The notes under the pieces are model-generated. The model did no database searches and was not told the origin of the DNA. It saw only the letters and a list, made by a program, of their open reading frames with translations. Shown piece by piece: positions 30,762 to 38,903 of a stretch of 64,000 nt of DNA. Source of the DNA: a virus; the IMG/VR virus record IMGVR_UViG_3300020204_000022, positions 8,555 through 72,554 of that record, one strand, 5' to 3'. The position numbers were made by a program, and so were the translations under genes. Position 1 is the stretch's first letter, and each line of letters begins with the position of its first letter.

Positions 30762-31181
30762 TTGATGCTCCATCACCTTTTGGAATTCAAAAAATACGAT
30801 CCTAGGTTAGAATACAAAACCGATACCAGGAGAGATATTTCTTTGGATGACATCAGAAAATCCGGAGCATATAGAAATATTATTGATTTAGGATTTGAAG
30901 AGGAACACTCTCACCAACAGGAATTGAATAACACCTTGAAATTTGTTAGGATAAAACACAAACAAAGAGAAAGGGGACACGGCGATGTTTTTTATACGGT
31001 TCATCCAAGTGGAATTGTCAGAAGGTACAATCCAGAAAAATCACACGAAATTCCAGAAGGAGGGGGAAATGACATCCGAAGATTTCCTAGACCCTTTAAA
31101 ACTTTGAAGGATTATAACAGGGCTTTACAATATCTTTTTAATTATCTCAGAAGAAAAGAATTGAGAAACGATTACAGATAG
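30762..31181 (+). CDS. Hypothetical protein
   Basis: 139 aa ORF, starts immediately after the upstream stop. Confidence 0.5.
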   Translation: MMLHHLLEFKKYDPRLEYKTDTRRDISLDDIRKSGAYRNIIDLGFEEEHSHQQELNNTLKFVRIKHKQRERGHGDVFYTVHPSGIVRRYNPEKSHEIPEGGGNDIRRFPRPFKTLKDYNRALQYLFNYLRRKELRNDYR

Positions 31182-31238
31182 AATACTTCAAAATATATAA
31201 TCAATCGTTCATACCTATAAAATTAAAAAATATAGCCA

Positions 31239-33008
31239 GTGAAACATATCAAAAATTTTACAATTTTTCTTTTCGAATCTGAAGAATTCACTAAAGAGGA
31301 CTATTTGAACTTTAAACAATATACAAATAATAGCAAGAAAGGGATTCCGTCAACAAAGGAACAAATGGAAGCAATGAGAAAATATCATAGAATGAAGCGT
31401 AAAGGTTTGGATCCAATTGACCCTTTCCGAGAAAAGAAGGGGGAAAAAGAAGAATTCACGGAAGAAGATCGCCGAAACTTTCAGGAATATATTAAGAAGA
31501 TTTATGCTAAACCAAGATTAGAACCAACGCAAAAAGAAAGAGAAGCATATAATAAATATAGTAGGCAAAAAAGAATATTGGGTCATTCTCCTTTTAAAAG
31601 ACAAGAAGAAGAATTCACGGAAGAAGATTACCGAAACTTTAAGGAATATAATAGGAAGATTTATGCTAAACCAAAATTAGAACCAACGCAAAAAGAAAGA
31701 GAAGCATATAATAAATATAATAGGATCAGAACGAAAGGATTGGATCCAATTGCTCCTTTTCGAAGAAAAGAAGAAGAATTTACGGAAGAAGATTACCGAA
31801 ACTATCGGGAATATAGTAGGAAGTATCAATCTAACCGAATCAACACTAAACCAAGATTAGAACCAACTCAAAAAGAAAGAGAAGCATATAATAAATATCA
31901 AAGGCAACGAAAAATATCGAATCCAATTGCTCCTCTTAAAAAACAAGAAGAAGAATTCACGGAAGAAGATTACCGAAACTTTAAGGAATATAATAAGAAG
32001 ATTAATGCTAAACCAAGATTAGAACCAACGCAAAAAGAAAAAGAAGCATATAATAAATATAATAGGATCAGAACGAAAGGATTGGATCCAATTGCTCCTT
32101 TTCGAAGAAAAGAAGAAGAATTTACGGAAGAAGATTACCGAAACTATCAGGAATATAATAGGAAGATTAACGCTAAACCAAAATTAGAACCAACGCAAAA
32201 AGAAAGAGAAGCATATAATAAATATTATAGGATACGGAGATTATCGGGTCTTCCTTCTATTAAAGGACAAGAAGAAGAATTCACGGAAGAGGAATACCGA
32301 AACTATCAGGAATATAATAAGAAGGTTAATGCTAAACCAAGATTAGAACCAACTCAAAAAGAAAAAGAAGCATATAATAAATATCAAAGAATGCTCACGA
32401 GAGGATTGGATCCAACTGCTGCTTTCACAGGAAAAATTAGAATTATAACAGCAACCGGGGATTGGTCAAAATTAACGCTAGATGGAAGCCCTTTGTTTTT
32501 GTCCCATGCTAACACTTATTTTGTAACATTCTACAAAAATCCCACAAAAGAAATGATAAAGAGACTCCTTGGGGATAGTGACCAGCCGTTTACTTGTGAC
32601 CCAAAGGAAGCAAGTCAGGAAATTTTTGGTGGGGATTTTCCGTACATCAATAAAAAAGAGGGATTGATATTTGCTGCAGATCCTAAATATTCTCCAGCAG
32701 ATTATGAAAATGAATTGGTTCGAACAGCGAAAACCATATGTGAAAACCCAGACGAAAACGAAAATATGGATGGGGAATATGCTTTAAATATTTTAGAGAA
32801 TGGCTGGGAAAACTTCACACCTGAACACATTAACCACTTGATTTTGCTTGCTAGTGAAAGTGCAAAAAAACCATCCGCGTATAATATCTTTTCTAAGGAT
32901 GATATAAAAAGAATTGATCTTTTTTTGAAATTTGCTAAATATAATTTAAAAGGTCAACCATTAAAATTAATGGATCCTAGAATAGAAATTAAATTCAAAG
33001 TAGTTTAA
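31239..33008 (+). CDS. Tandem-repeat protein (7 units of about 52-58 aa) with capsid-targeting-like leader MKHIKNFTIFLFE|SEE and unique C-terminal domain (GTG start)
   Basis: Repeated EEFTEEDYRNFKEYNRKIxAKPRLEPTQKEREAYNKYxRxRTKGLDPIAPFRRKE. Confidence 0.85.
   Translation: MKHIKNFTIFLFESEEFTKEDYLNFKQYTNNSKKGIPSTKEQMEAMRKYHRMKRKGLDPIDPFREKKGEKEEFTEEDRRNFQEYIKKIYAKPRLEPTQKEREAYNKYSRQKRILGHSPFKRQEEEFTEEDYRNFKEYNRKIYAKPKLEPTQKEREAYNKYNRIRTKGLDPIAPFRRKEEEFTEEDYRNYREYSRKYQSNRINTKPRLEPTQKEREAYNKYQRQRKISNPIAPLKKQEEEFTEEDYRNFKEYNKKINAKPRLEPTQKEKEAYNKYNRIRTKGLDPIAPFRRKEEEFTEEDYRNYQEYNRKINAKPKLEPTQKEREAYNKYYRIRRLSGLPSIKGQEEEFTEEEYRNYQEYNKKVNAKPRLEPTQKEKEAYNKYQRMLTRGLDPTAAFTGKIRIITATGDWSKLTLDGSPLFLSHANTYFVTFYKNPTKEMIKRLLGDSDQPFTCDPKEASQEIFGGDFPYINKKEGLIFAADPKYSPADYENELVRTAKTICENPDENENMDGEYALNILENGWENFTPEHINHLILLASESAKKPSAYNIFSKDDIKRIDLFLKFAKYNLKGQPLKLMDPRIEIKFKVV
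31260..32440 (+). repeat. Protein-coding tandem repeat, about 156-177 nt period, about 7 units
   Basis: Recurring GAAGAATTCACGGAAGAAGATTACCGAAACT and AACCAACGCAAAAAGAAAGAGAAGCATATAATAAATAT segments. Confidence 0.85.
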
Positions 33009-33018
33009 ATTAAAAAAT

Positions 33019-33258
33019 ATGAGTTGCGGCTGCGATCAAAACCAATCATTCGAGAGACAACCAGTTCACAATCCTTTATTGGATTATGATAATCCTAATT
33101 CTTTGAACGGGAGAAGAATTTTACATAGTAATGGTACAGCATTGGAAATCATATCTCCAATTTTGAATCAAAATGATAAAAGATTGATAGGGTTCACAAC
33201 CAGAAATTCATCGGGGAAATTACTTAGAATTTTTGCCGAAGATGTAGTTAGAATTTAA
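33019..33258 (+). CDS. Small Cys-N-terminal protein, paralog of the next gene
   Basis: MSCGCDQNQ...NGRRILHSNGTALEIISPI...GKLLRIFAEDVVRI. Confidence 0.65.
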   Translation: MSCGCDQNQSFERQPVHNPLLDYDNPNSLNGRRILHSNGTALEIISPILNQNDKRLIGFTTRNSSGKLLRIFAEDVVRI

Positions 33259-33282
33259 TTTGAAATTTTATTTTGAGTGAAC

Positions 33283-33290
33283 GATATATA
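33283..33290 (+). promoter_or_regulatory. Late-promoter-like GATATATA box
   Basis: 31 nt upstream of ATG 33314. Confidence 0.5.
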
Positions 33291-33313
33291 GATAAATTTT
33301 AAACAAACATAAT

Positions 33314-33550
33314 ATGGGCTGCGGCTGTAATCAAATGAATCACGAACAAGGAGCACAAATGGTTTCTTCGAACCATGAAATAATTCATGATGAATTAACC
33401 GGAAAAAATATCAGACATTCTACCGGAAAGATTTTAACCATCTCTTCGCCGATTAGAGACATAAATGGTGATATTATAGGATATATAACCAATAACCAAG
33501 AAGGAAAGGTTATTCGCATTTTCGCAAAAGATGTGTCAGAAGTTCTTTAA
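33314..33550 (+). CDS. Small Cys-N-terminal protein, paralog of the previous gene
   Basis: MGCGCNQMN...TGKNIRHSTGKILTISSPIRD...GKVIRIFAKDVSEVL. Confidence 0.65.
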   Translation: MGCGCNQMNHEQGAQMVSSNHEIIHDELTGKNIRHSTGKILTISSPIRDINGDIIGYITNNQEGKVIRIFAKDVSEVL

Positions 33551-33564
33551 AAAAAATTGAAATT

Positions 33565-34023
33565 ATGTTTTTTCCAACCGGCAAAACCACACAAGGACAC
33601 ACAGTAGTTTGTTTATGTTGCTGTGACGACCTTCCTTATCATGAATCTAAAAACAATTCTCCGGAAGAAATTTTAGAATCTCTCTGTGAGTGGATGGTTG
33701 AAAATTCATATTGTACCGAAAATTGGCAGGTAGAAAATTACGTTCGTGAATGTGGTTATCCGAAATACAAGATGGAGGAGAGCGAAGGGGGAATGGCTAG
33801 TTTGAACTCAACCCCGGGGATGGGACCGGTGACACCACCAACAGGTCCAGGAACAAATGTAAATTTTTACGATGCCTCCAAGCAAGGATCTGGAGATAAA
33901 TTTGACACTTTAACGGTAGGAACAAATTCTTCAACAATAAAATCTAAAGGAAAAAAACCAAGAAAAAGAATTATTCAATCATTTTCTGACTTTTTGGAAA
34001 CAACTAAGAAATTTCAAAATTAA
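33565..34023 (+). CDS. Cys-rich hypothetical protein
   Basis: CLCCCDDLP motif; basic, leader-like C-terminus RIIQSFSDFLETTKKFQN. Confidence 0.55.
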   Translation: MFFPTGKTTQGHTVVCLCCCDDLPYHESKNNSPEEILESLCEWMVENSYCTENWQVENYVRECGYPKYKMEESEGGMASLNSTPGMGPVTPPTGPGTNVNFYDASKQGSGDKFDTLTVGTNSSTIKSKGKKPRKRIIQSFSDFLETTKKFQN

Positions 34024-34027
34024 AAAA

Positions 34028-34035
34028 GATATATA
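34028..34035 (+). promoter_or_regulatory. Late-promoter-like GATATATA box
   Basis: 23 nt upstream of ATG 34051. Confidence 0.5.
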
Positions 34036-34050
34036 TAAAAAAACCCACAG

Positions 34051-35436
34051 ATGAAAAACAAAATTTTAAACTTCGACCAATTTTCTTCGATATATGAATC
34101 TGAATTTTATATTAAAGAATCTGAATCTTCTGGAAGTAAAATAGACATAGGGCTTGATGATCTAGCGGTTAGTTCTGAACAAATAGCTGATGTAATGGCA
34201 GAGCTCGATCCTAAAGCAATTAAAGAAAGTGGGACAGGTATTAGTGCATACGGTTCAATTAAACCGGGAGAAAAAGGAGACAGGGTTAAATGGCTTCAAG
34301 GAATACTTGGATTTGAAGGTAAAGATGTAGATGGGGATTTTGGGCCAAAAACAATAAAAGCCGTTAAAGATTTTCAAAAAAATAATAAACTCACTGTAGA
34401 TGGAAAAGTTGGTGTCCAAACTTTGCAAAAAATGGTTGATGTTTTGAAAGTTCCCACTGAAAAACAAAGTGAAATAAATAAATTGTTAGAAGATTTAAGG
34501 GCAAAAATGCCTCCGGAATTGTTAGCTCTTTACGAAGTTTACATCGTTAATACGGATAAATCCGGAAATAATAAAAAAATAATTTTAATACCAAAAAAAG
34601 GTGCTCAAGAAAAAGTACAAGCAGCAAGAGAAAGTGGTATGGCAGAAGGATTAAAATTGTTACTTGAGGGGGTTAAATATGCTGGCAAGGCAATTATTTG
34701 GACTGGAGCCGCTATTGTTCTAGTTACTTTAGAAACAGCTAATGCTATGATATCCGGAATCACTGCTATTTCTAAAATGGTATTGGGTGGAGCTGCTTAT
34801 GTTGCAGGTGTAGCAGTTCAGGGACTTATGGAATTCGGAAAATGGATTGCTAGCGTGGGAGAAAAAGCTTGGGAGGGCCTCAAAGATGCATCTACAGAAA
34901 TTTGGAAAGGTGTATGTGATGCTGTTACACTTCTTGGTAAAGCATCTCTCAAAATTGTATATGGCTTTATACAAGGAGCCCAAGCCGTTGCTTATACACT
35001 CGCTGGTGTTGCATTAACAATTTTCCAAGCAGCAGCTAACACGTTTGATGCAGCCGTCAAAGGTGTAATCTCAGCTGCAAAAGAAGTAAAAACTTTTGTA
35101 GTAAACGCAGTTAAAGCAATTGGTGATGGAATCACAAAGGTGAAGGAGACACTAAAAGCAGGTTTTCAATATGCTGTTGATGTTACAAAGAAAGCTTTGC
35201 AAGGGGCTATTCAAGGGGTTAAGAATTTTGGAAAAAGCGTTGTTGCAGCAACAGAAAGAGCTTACAGCGGGGCTGTTAGCTGGCTATCATCTATGTATGA
35301 AAAAGGAAAGAAATTCTTTGAATCTACTATGTATGAAGTCTATGGTTCAGAATTCTTAAACGAAAATCGTCATTTAATAGAATTTGGAGAACTTGAGTTT
35401 TCTTTATTATCTGATGACTTGGATTGGAGATTGTAA
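34051..35436 (+). CDS. Peptidoglycan-binding-domain protein with Ala/Gly-rich hydrophobic C-terminal half and capsid-targeting-like leader
   Basis: Leader MKNKILNFDQFSSIYE|SE; KPGEKGDRVKWLQGILGFEGKDVDGDFGPKTIKAVKDFQKNNKLTVDGKVGVQTLQKM (PG_binding_1-like). Confidence 0.75.
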   Translation: MKNKILNFDQFSSIYESEFYIKESESSGSKIDIGLDDLAVSSEQIADVMAELDPKAIKESGTGISAYGSIKPGEKGDRVKWLQGILGFEGKDVDGDFGPKTIKAVKDFQKNNKLTVDGKVGVQTLQKMVDVLKVPTEKQSEINKLLEDLRAKMPPELLALYEVYIVNTDKSGNNKKIILIPKKGAQEKVQAARESGMAEGLKLLLEGVKYAGKAIIWTGAAIVLVTLETANAMISGITAISKMVLGGAAYVAGVAVQGLMEFGKWIASVGEKAWEGLKDASTEIWKGVCDAVTLLGKASLKIVYGFIQGAQAVAYTLAGVALTIFQAAANTFDAAVKGVISAAKEVKTFVVNAVKAIGDGITKVKETLKAGFQYAVDVTKKALQGAIQGVKNFGKSVVAATERAYSGAVSWLSSMYEKGKKFFESTMYEVYGSEFLNENRHLIEFGELEFSLLSDDLDWRL

Positions 35437-35458
35437 AAATCAAACTTTCACTTATTTC

Positions 35459-35489
35459 AAAAACCAGATCGTTAGGTCTGGTTTTTTTT
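35459..35489 (+). terminator. Rho-independent terminator
   Basis: AAAACCAGA...TCTGGTTTTTTTT just after ORF 34051..35436. Confidence 0.85.
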
Positions 35490-35560
35490 GTTGGTACTAA
35501 GACTTCGACAAAATTGTTGAATTTATCTGTCCTGCATAGAATTCCCTTTTATTAATGTCT

Positions 35561-35573
35561 TGACAAATTGTCA
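35561..35573. promoter_or_regulatory. Perfect 13-bp palindrome TGACAAATTGTCA, operator-like
   Basis: Same core, GACAAATTGTC, recurs at 35593-35603. Confidence 0.5.
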
Positions 35574-35592
35574 CCTTTTTTTTAAAAAATAA

Positions 35593-35603
35593 GACAAATT
35601 GTC
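35593..35603. promoter_or_regulatory. Palindrome GACAAATTGTC, operator-like
   Basis: Second copy, about 31 bp centre-to-centre from the first, upstream of hsp20. Confidence 0.5.
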
Positions 35604-35646
35604 GAAAATTAATGTGGAATAAATTTTGGAACAAAATTCGATTATT

Positions 35647-35667
35647 AAATGTTAAAAAATAACATTT
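35647..35667 (+). promoter_or_regulatory. 8-bp inverted repeat abutting the hsp20 start codon
   Basis: AAATGTTA-AAAAA-TAACATTT immediately followed by ATG 35668. Confidence 0.4.
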
Positions 35668-36024
35668 ATGAACAAATACCGTTTTTATCACCCTCTTGAG
35701 ATGATGGATAGAATCTTATCCAACGATCTCGGTTTAGTTGATTCTGTAGATTACCAGGTCAACGAACAAGAAAATTCTTTGGAAGCCGAATTTAAAGTTC
35801 CAGGATTCGCCCAAAAAGAAATCTCATTGGAAGTAACTGATAACGTACTTCTGGTGGAGGCGAAATCCGAAACCAATAAATGGTCCAACGGATTTTCTAA
35901 AAAATACAAATTGCCGGAGAATGTGGATGGGTCTAAAATGGAGGCCAAATTAGAAAACGGCATTCTTTCTCTAAGAATCCCGAAGAAAAAGCAGGCTATC
36001 TCAAAGAAAATCGCGGTCCTCTAA
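35668..36024 (+). CDS. Hsp20/alpha-crystallin small heat-shock protein
   Basis: FKVPGFAQKEISLEVTDNVLLVEAKSE...KLPENVDGSKMEAKLENGILSLRIPK. Confidence 0.88.
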   Translation: MNKYRFYHPLEMMDRILSNDLGLVDSVDYQVNEQENSLEAEFKVPGFAQKEISLEVTDNVLLVEAKSETNKWSNGFSKKYKLPENVDGSKMEAKLENGILSLRIPKKKQAISKKIAVL

Positions 36025-36048
36025 CCCTAAATATTCGGCAATTTCACA

Positions 36049-36079
36049 AAAGCTCGTTCGAATTTGAACGGGCTTTTTT
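36049..36079 (+). terminator. Rho-independent terminator
   Basis: AAAGCTCGTTC-GAATTT-GAACGGGCTTTTTT, 11-bp stem with one G-U pair. Confidence 0.88.
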
Positions 36080-36091
36080 ATTTTTAGGCAA

Positions 36092-36493
36092 ATGGAAAGA
36101 CTGATCCAAGAAGATTATCTTTATAATCCGTGGAAAATGATGGTTTGTTGTATTCTTCTAAATCAAACAACCAACCAGCAGGTAAGAAAAATTTTAGATC
36201 CTTTATTTATTTTAATACCCGATCCCATTTCTGCTTCACAAATGGAGCCAGAGAAAATCTCAGAAATTATTCTAAGCACCGGATTTTCTTCTGTTAAAAG
36301 TCAGAGGATCGTGAACATGAGTAAAAAATGGGTGGAAGGATTTGATTCGGTTTTGGAACTTCCTGGTGTTGGCAGATATGCGTCAGATTCTTGGAAAATT
36401 TTTGTTGATAAAAATCTCAGCATCCAGGTGACAGACAAAAAGCTTCAGGCCTATTTGGATTCCGTTTTGGCGTTCCCTGAAAGTGTCTCGTGA
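36092..36493 (+). CDS. HhH-GPD DNA glycosylase, MBD4-like
   Basis: PWKMMVCCILLNQTT...ILSTGFSSVKSQRIVNMSKKW...SVLELPGVGRYASDSWKIFV with the catalytic-type Asp. Confidence 0.7.
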   Translation: MERLIQEDYLYNPWKMMVCCILLNQTTNQQVRKILDPLFILIPDPISASQMEPEKISEIILSTGFSSVKSQRIVNMSKKWVEGFDSVLELPGVGRYASDSWKIFVDKNLSIQVTDKKLQAYLDSVLAFPESVS

Positions 36494-36777
36494 ATTCTCT
36501 GTTTGACGTACTTTAAAATTTTCTTCGAATTCTTGTGATCTTTGGCGAGTACCTTTTGGAATTCTTCTTCCTCCGCCAATTCATCAAGGTAAGAGTATAA
36601 ATCAGTGGTGTTGTAAAGATCGTCTACAACCCTGGGCATTTGTGTGTAGGCGGGGCGGTAATTTCTAGAATTTACATTGTCTTTGTACCATTCCCCGGGT
36701 ACTGCCACGCTACCTGGAGCGAAGGCGCTCCAGTTTTCTGAAACGAAATTTCCGAAACTTTTAAGATTGTCCAACAT
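36451..36777 (-). CDS. Hypothetical protein with leader-like N-terminus MLDNLKSFGNFVSE|NW
   Basis: 108 aa, convergent with the glycosylase gene; minus-strand GATATATA at 36783-36790. Confidence 0.55.
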   Translation of the reverse strand: MLDNLKSFGNFVSENWSAFAPGSVAVPGEWYKDNVNSRNYRPAYTQMPRVVDDLYNTTDLYSYLDELAEEEEFQKVLAKDHKNSKKILKYVKQRIHETLSGNAKTESK

Positions 36778-36807
36778 AAGTGTATATATCCATTCAGGAT
36801 TTCATTT

Positions 36808-38211
36808 ATGATAGTAGATATTGAAAATAAAGGTGAAGAACTTAAAATTTCGACCTTTACAGAAGAAGGTGGAATCAAATTCATTAACGTTCCAATTCCA
36901 CCAGAGGAAAGATTTGTATGGCAAATTTGTTCGCACAGTGATAGGGACCGGGATAAAACTTGGAAAAATTGGGAAGGATCCTCAATCAAAAAGCACAAAA
37001 ATACGAAGTACGACAAATATCGAATTTTACAATTGCTCGAAGAGGCAGATCCAGAACTAACCAAGCCTCTCTGGGAATTCCAAACACCCAAAAAATTCTT
37101 TGTGGATATTGAGGTCGAAATGACCGACGAGATGAAAGATTCTTTGGATACAGAGAAGGCAAAAAATAAAATTTTGTCCATCGGGATAGCCACAGATAAA
37201 TGCAAATTGATTGTCCTGGGGCTGGATGATTTGGACGCCGAACAACAAGGATTGATCTACCAACAGGTCAACGAGTATTTACAACAAACAGGAGACACCT
37301 GGGACTTTAAGTACAAAAAGTTTGAGTCTGAATACGACATGCTTTACACCTTCTTCAAGGATATAGCATCCAAAATGTCAGTCATCACAGGTTGGAACTG
37401 GTTTGGTTATGACTGGCCTTATCTTATCAATCGGGCGAAGAGGCTTGGGATAGATCCTAAGATCATTTCTCCGAGTGGTTATTTGATTGGTCAAAATCAA
37501 CTTCCAGCCCACATTCTCATGGTTGACTATCTTGAAATTTACAAGAAGTGGGATAGGGTAATAAAAATCAAAGAAAGCAATCGTTTGGATTATGTTGCAG
37601 AAAAAGCAACCGGATTGAAAAAAATCCATTATGAGGGAACACTCCGAACCCTTTACCAATCGGATTTCACCAAATTCATTTTTTACAACGCAATTGACTG
37701 TGCACTGGTTCATTACATCGACAAGAAATTAAAGACGATGTTGACCTTCTTTAAAATAGCGAATTTAAACGGGGTTGAGATCAATAGGGCTTTGTCCCCA
37801 GTTTGGTCTACCGAGGTGATGATGATGAGAAAATTTCTTGATCGAAAACAGGTTTTTGTGCAAACAAGAAAGGATGAAAATCACGTCAAATTTGCTGGTG
37901 CATATGTCAAAGATCCAATTGTTGGATTGCACGAATGGGTAGCATGTTATGACTTCGCTTCTCTGTACCCCAACACGATCGTGCAGTGGGGAATCTCGCC
38001 CGAGGTTTATAAAGGTAAAAATTTATTGGACACAAAAGAAAGTTGGATCAAAACTTCCTCCGGAGCTGTGTTTGGAGGAGACGATGAAGATCCGATTTTG
38101 AAGTCGATCATTAAGGACCTGTATGCCAAAAGAAGACAGGCCAAGGATAAGATGTTAAAACTTCAAATAGAAATCGACCAGTTGGAGAAACAATTAAAAA
38201 AATTAACGTAA
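36808..38211 (+). CDS. N-terminal part of a family-B DNA polymerase (gp43-like): 3'-5' exonuclease plus polymerase motif A; lacks motifs B and C
   Basis: ExoI FFVDIEVE, ExoII GWNWFGYDWPYL, ExoIII YNAIDCALV, motif A YDFASLYPNTIVQWGISP; ORF ends after the fingers coiled-coil KRRQAKDKMLKLQIEIDQLEKQLKKLT. Confidence 0.85.
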   Translation: MIVDIENKGEELKISTFTEEGGIKFINVPIPPEERFVWQICSHSDRDRDKTWKNWEGSSIKKHKNTKYDKYRILQLLEEADPELTKPLWEFQTPKKFFVDIEVEMTDEMKDSLDTEKAKNKILSIGIATDKCKLIVLGLDDLDAEQQGLIYQQVNEYLQQTGDTWDFKYKKFESEYDMLYTFFKDIASKMSVITGWNWFGYDWPYLINRAKRLGIDPKIISPSGYLIGQNQLPAHILMVDYLEIYKKWDRVIKIKESNRLDYVAEKATGLKKIHYEGTLRTLYQSDFTKFIFYNAIDCALVHYIDKKLKTMLTFFKIANLNGVEINRALSPVWSTEVMMMRKFLDRKQVFVQTRKDENHVKFAGAYVKDPIVGLHEWVACYDFASLYPNTIVQWGISPEVYKGKNLLDTKESWIKTSSGAVFGGDDEDPILKSIIKDLYAKRRQAKDKMLKLQIEIDQLEKQLKKLT

Positions 38212-38371
38212 GAATTCCACATCAGACCCCAAGTTTCTAGGTCGGGCTTGATATATAAAATCCAATGGGAAAAAGAATGATTTATTTGATTGCAAACCTG
38301 TCTAGTGGGAAAGATGTACTATCAAATTAGAAGTAATTATAACACCGAATACAGAAAAATTTAAAAGAAAA

Positions 38372-38860
38372 ATGGAGAATAAGAATTTTCAACAATGTGC
38401 ACAGATTGATGTCAATAACGACTATCAAGATTTAAGAGAAAAAGGAAATGATGCTTTAGAACTAATCTATAACATGCAGAAATCGATCCAAGAAGAAGTA
38501 TATGGATACAACTTTGAAGAGATCCGGTCTTCAATTGGAAAGTTAAAAGAATTTATTGATTGGAACGAGGAAGCAATCCGAGACGAGGACAGGGAAATGC
38601 AAAATGCTCTTACCGGAATCCACACTTATCCTTCCTGTTGGAAGCCTTGGAAATCAAAACACAAAGAAGCAATGGCAAGATCCCTTTCGGATTTAACTGA
38701 AGAGGAATTGAAAGAACTTAGATATGAATGGATAGACAAGTTACATTTCATAATGAATGAAGCCATTGCAATTGGATTAACCCCTGAAATGATTACTAAC
38801 TACTATGTTGCTAAGAATAAGCATAACGTAGAGAGACAAAATAGACCAGGCGGATATTAA
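38372..38860 (+). CDS. Hypothetical protein
   Basis: 162 aa ORF, good spacing. Confidence 0.6.
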   Translation: MENKNFQQCAQIDVNNDYQDLREKGNDALELIYNMQKSIQEEVYGYNFEEIRSSIGKLKEFIDWNEEAIRDEDREMQNALTGIHTYPSCWKPWKSKHKEAMARSLSDLTEEELKELRYEWIDKLHFIMNEAIAIGLTPEMITNYYVAKNKHNVERQNRPGGY

Positions 38861-38903
38861 TTTACTAAATCTTACTCAAAACATAAAAATAAATAGAAAC
38901 CCT

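Noticed and set aside
31260-32440. Repeat region as CRISPR or mobile element
   Set aside because: Repeats are in-frame protein-coding units of about 55 aa with continuous translation.
35497-35691. 64-aa minus-strand ORF over the hsp20 upstream region
   Set aside because: Low-complexity translation of AT-rich regulatory DNA containing the palindromes and terminator; not protein-like.
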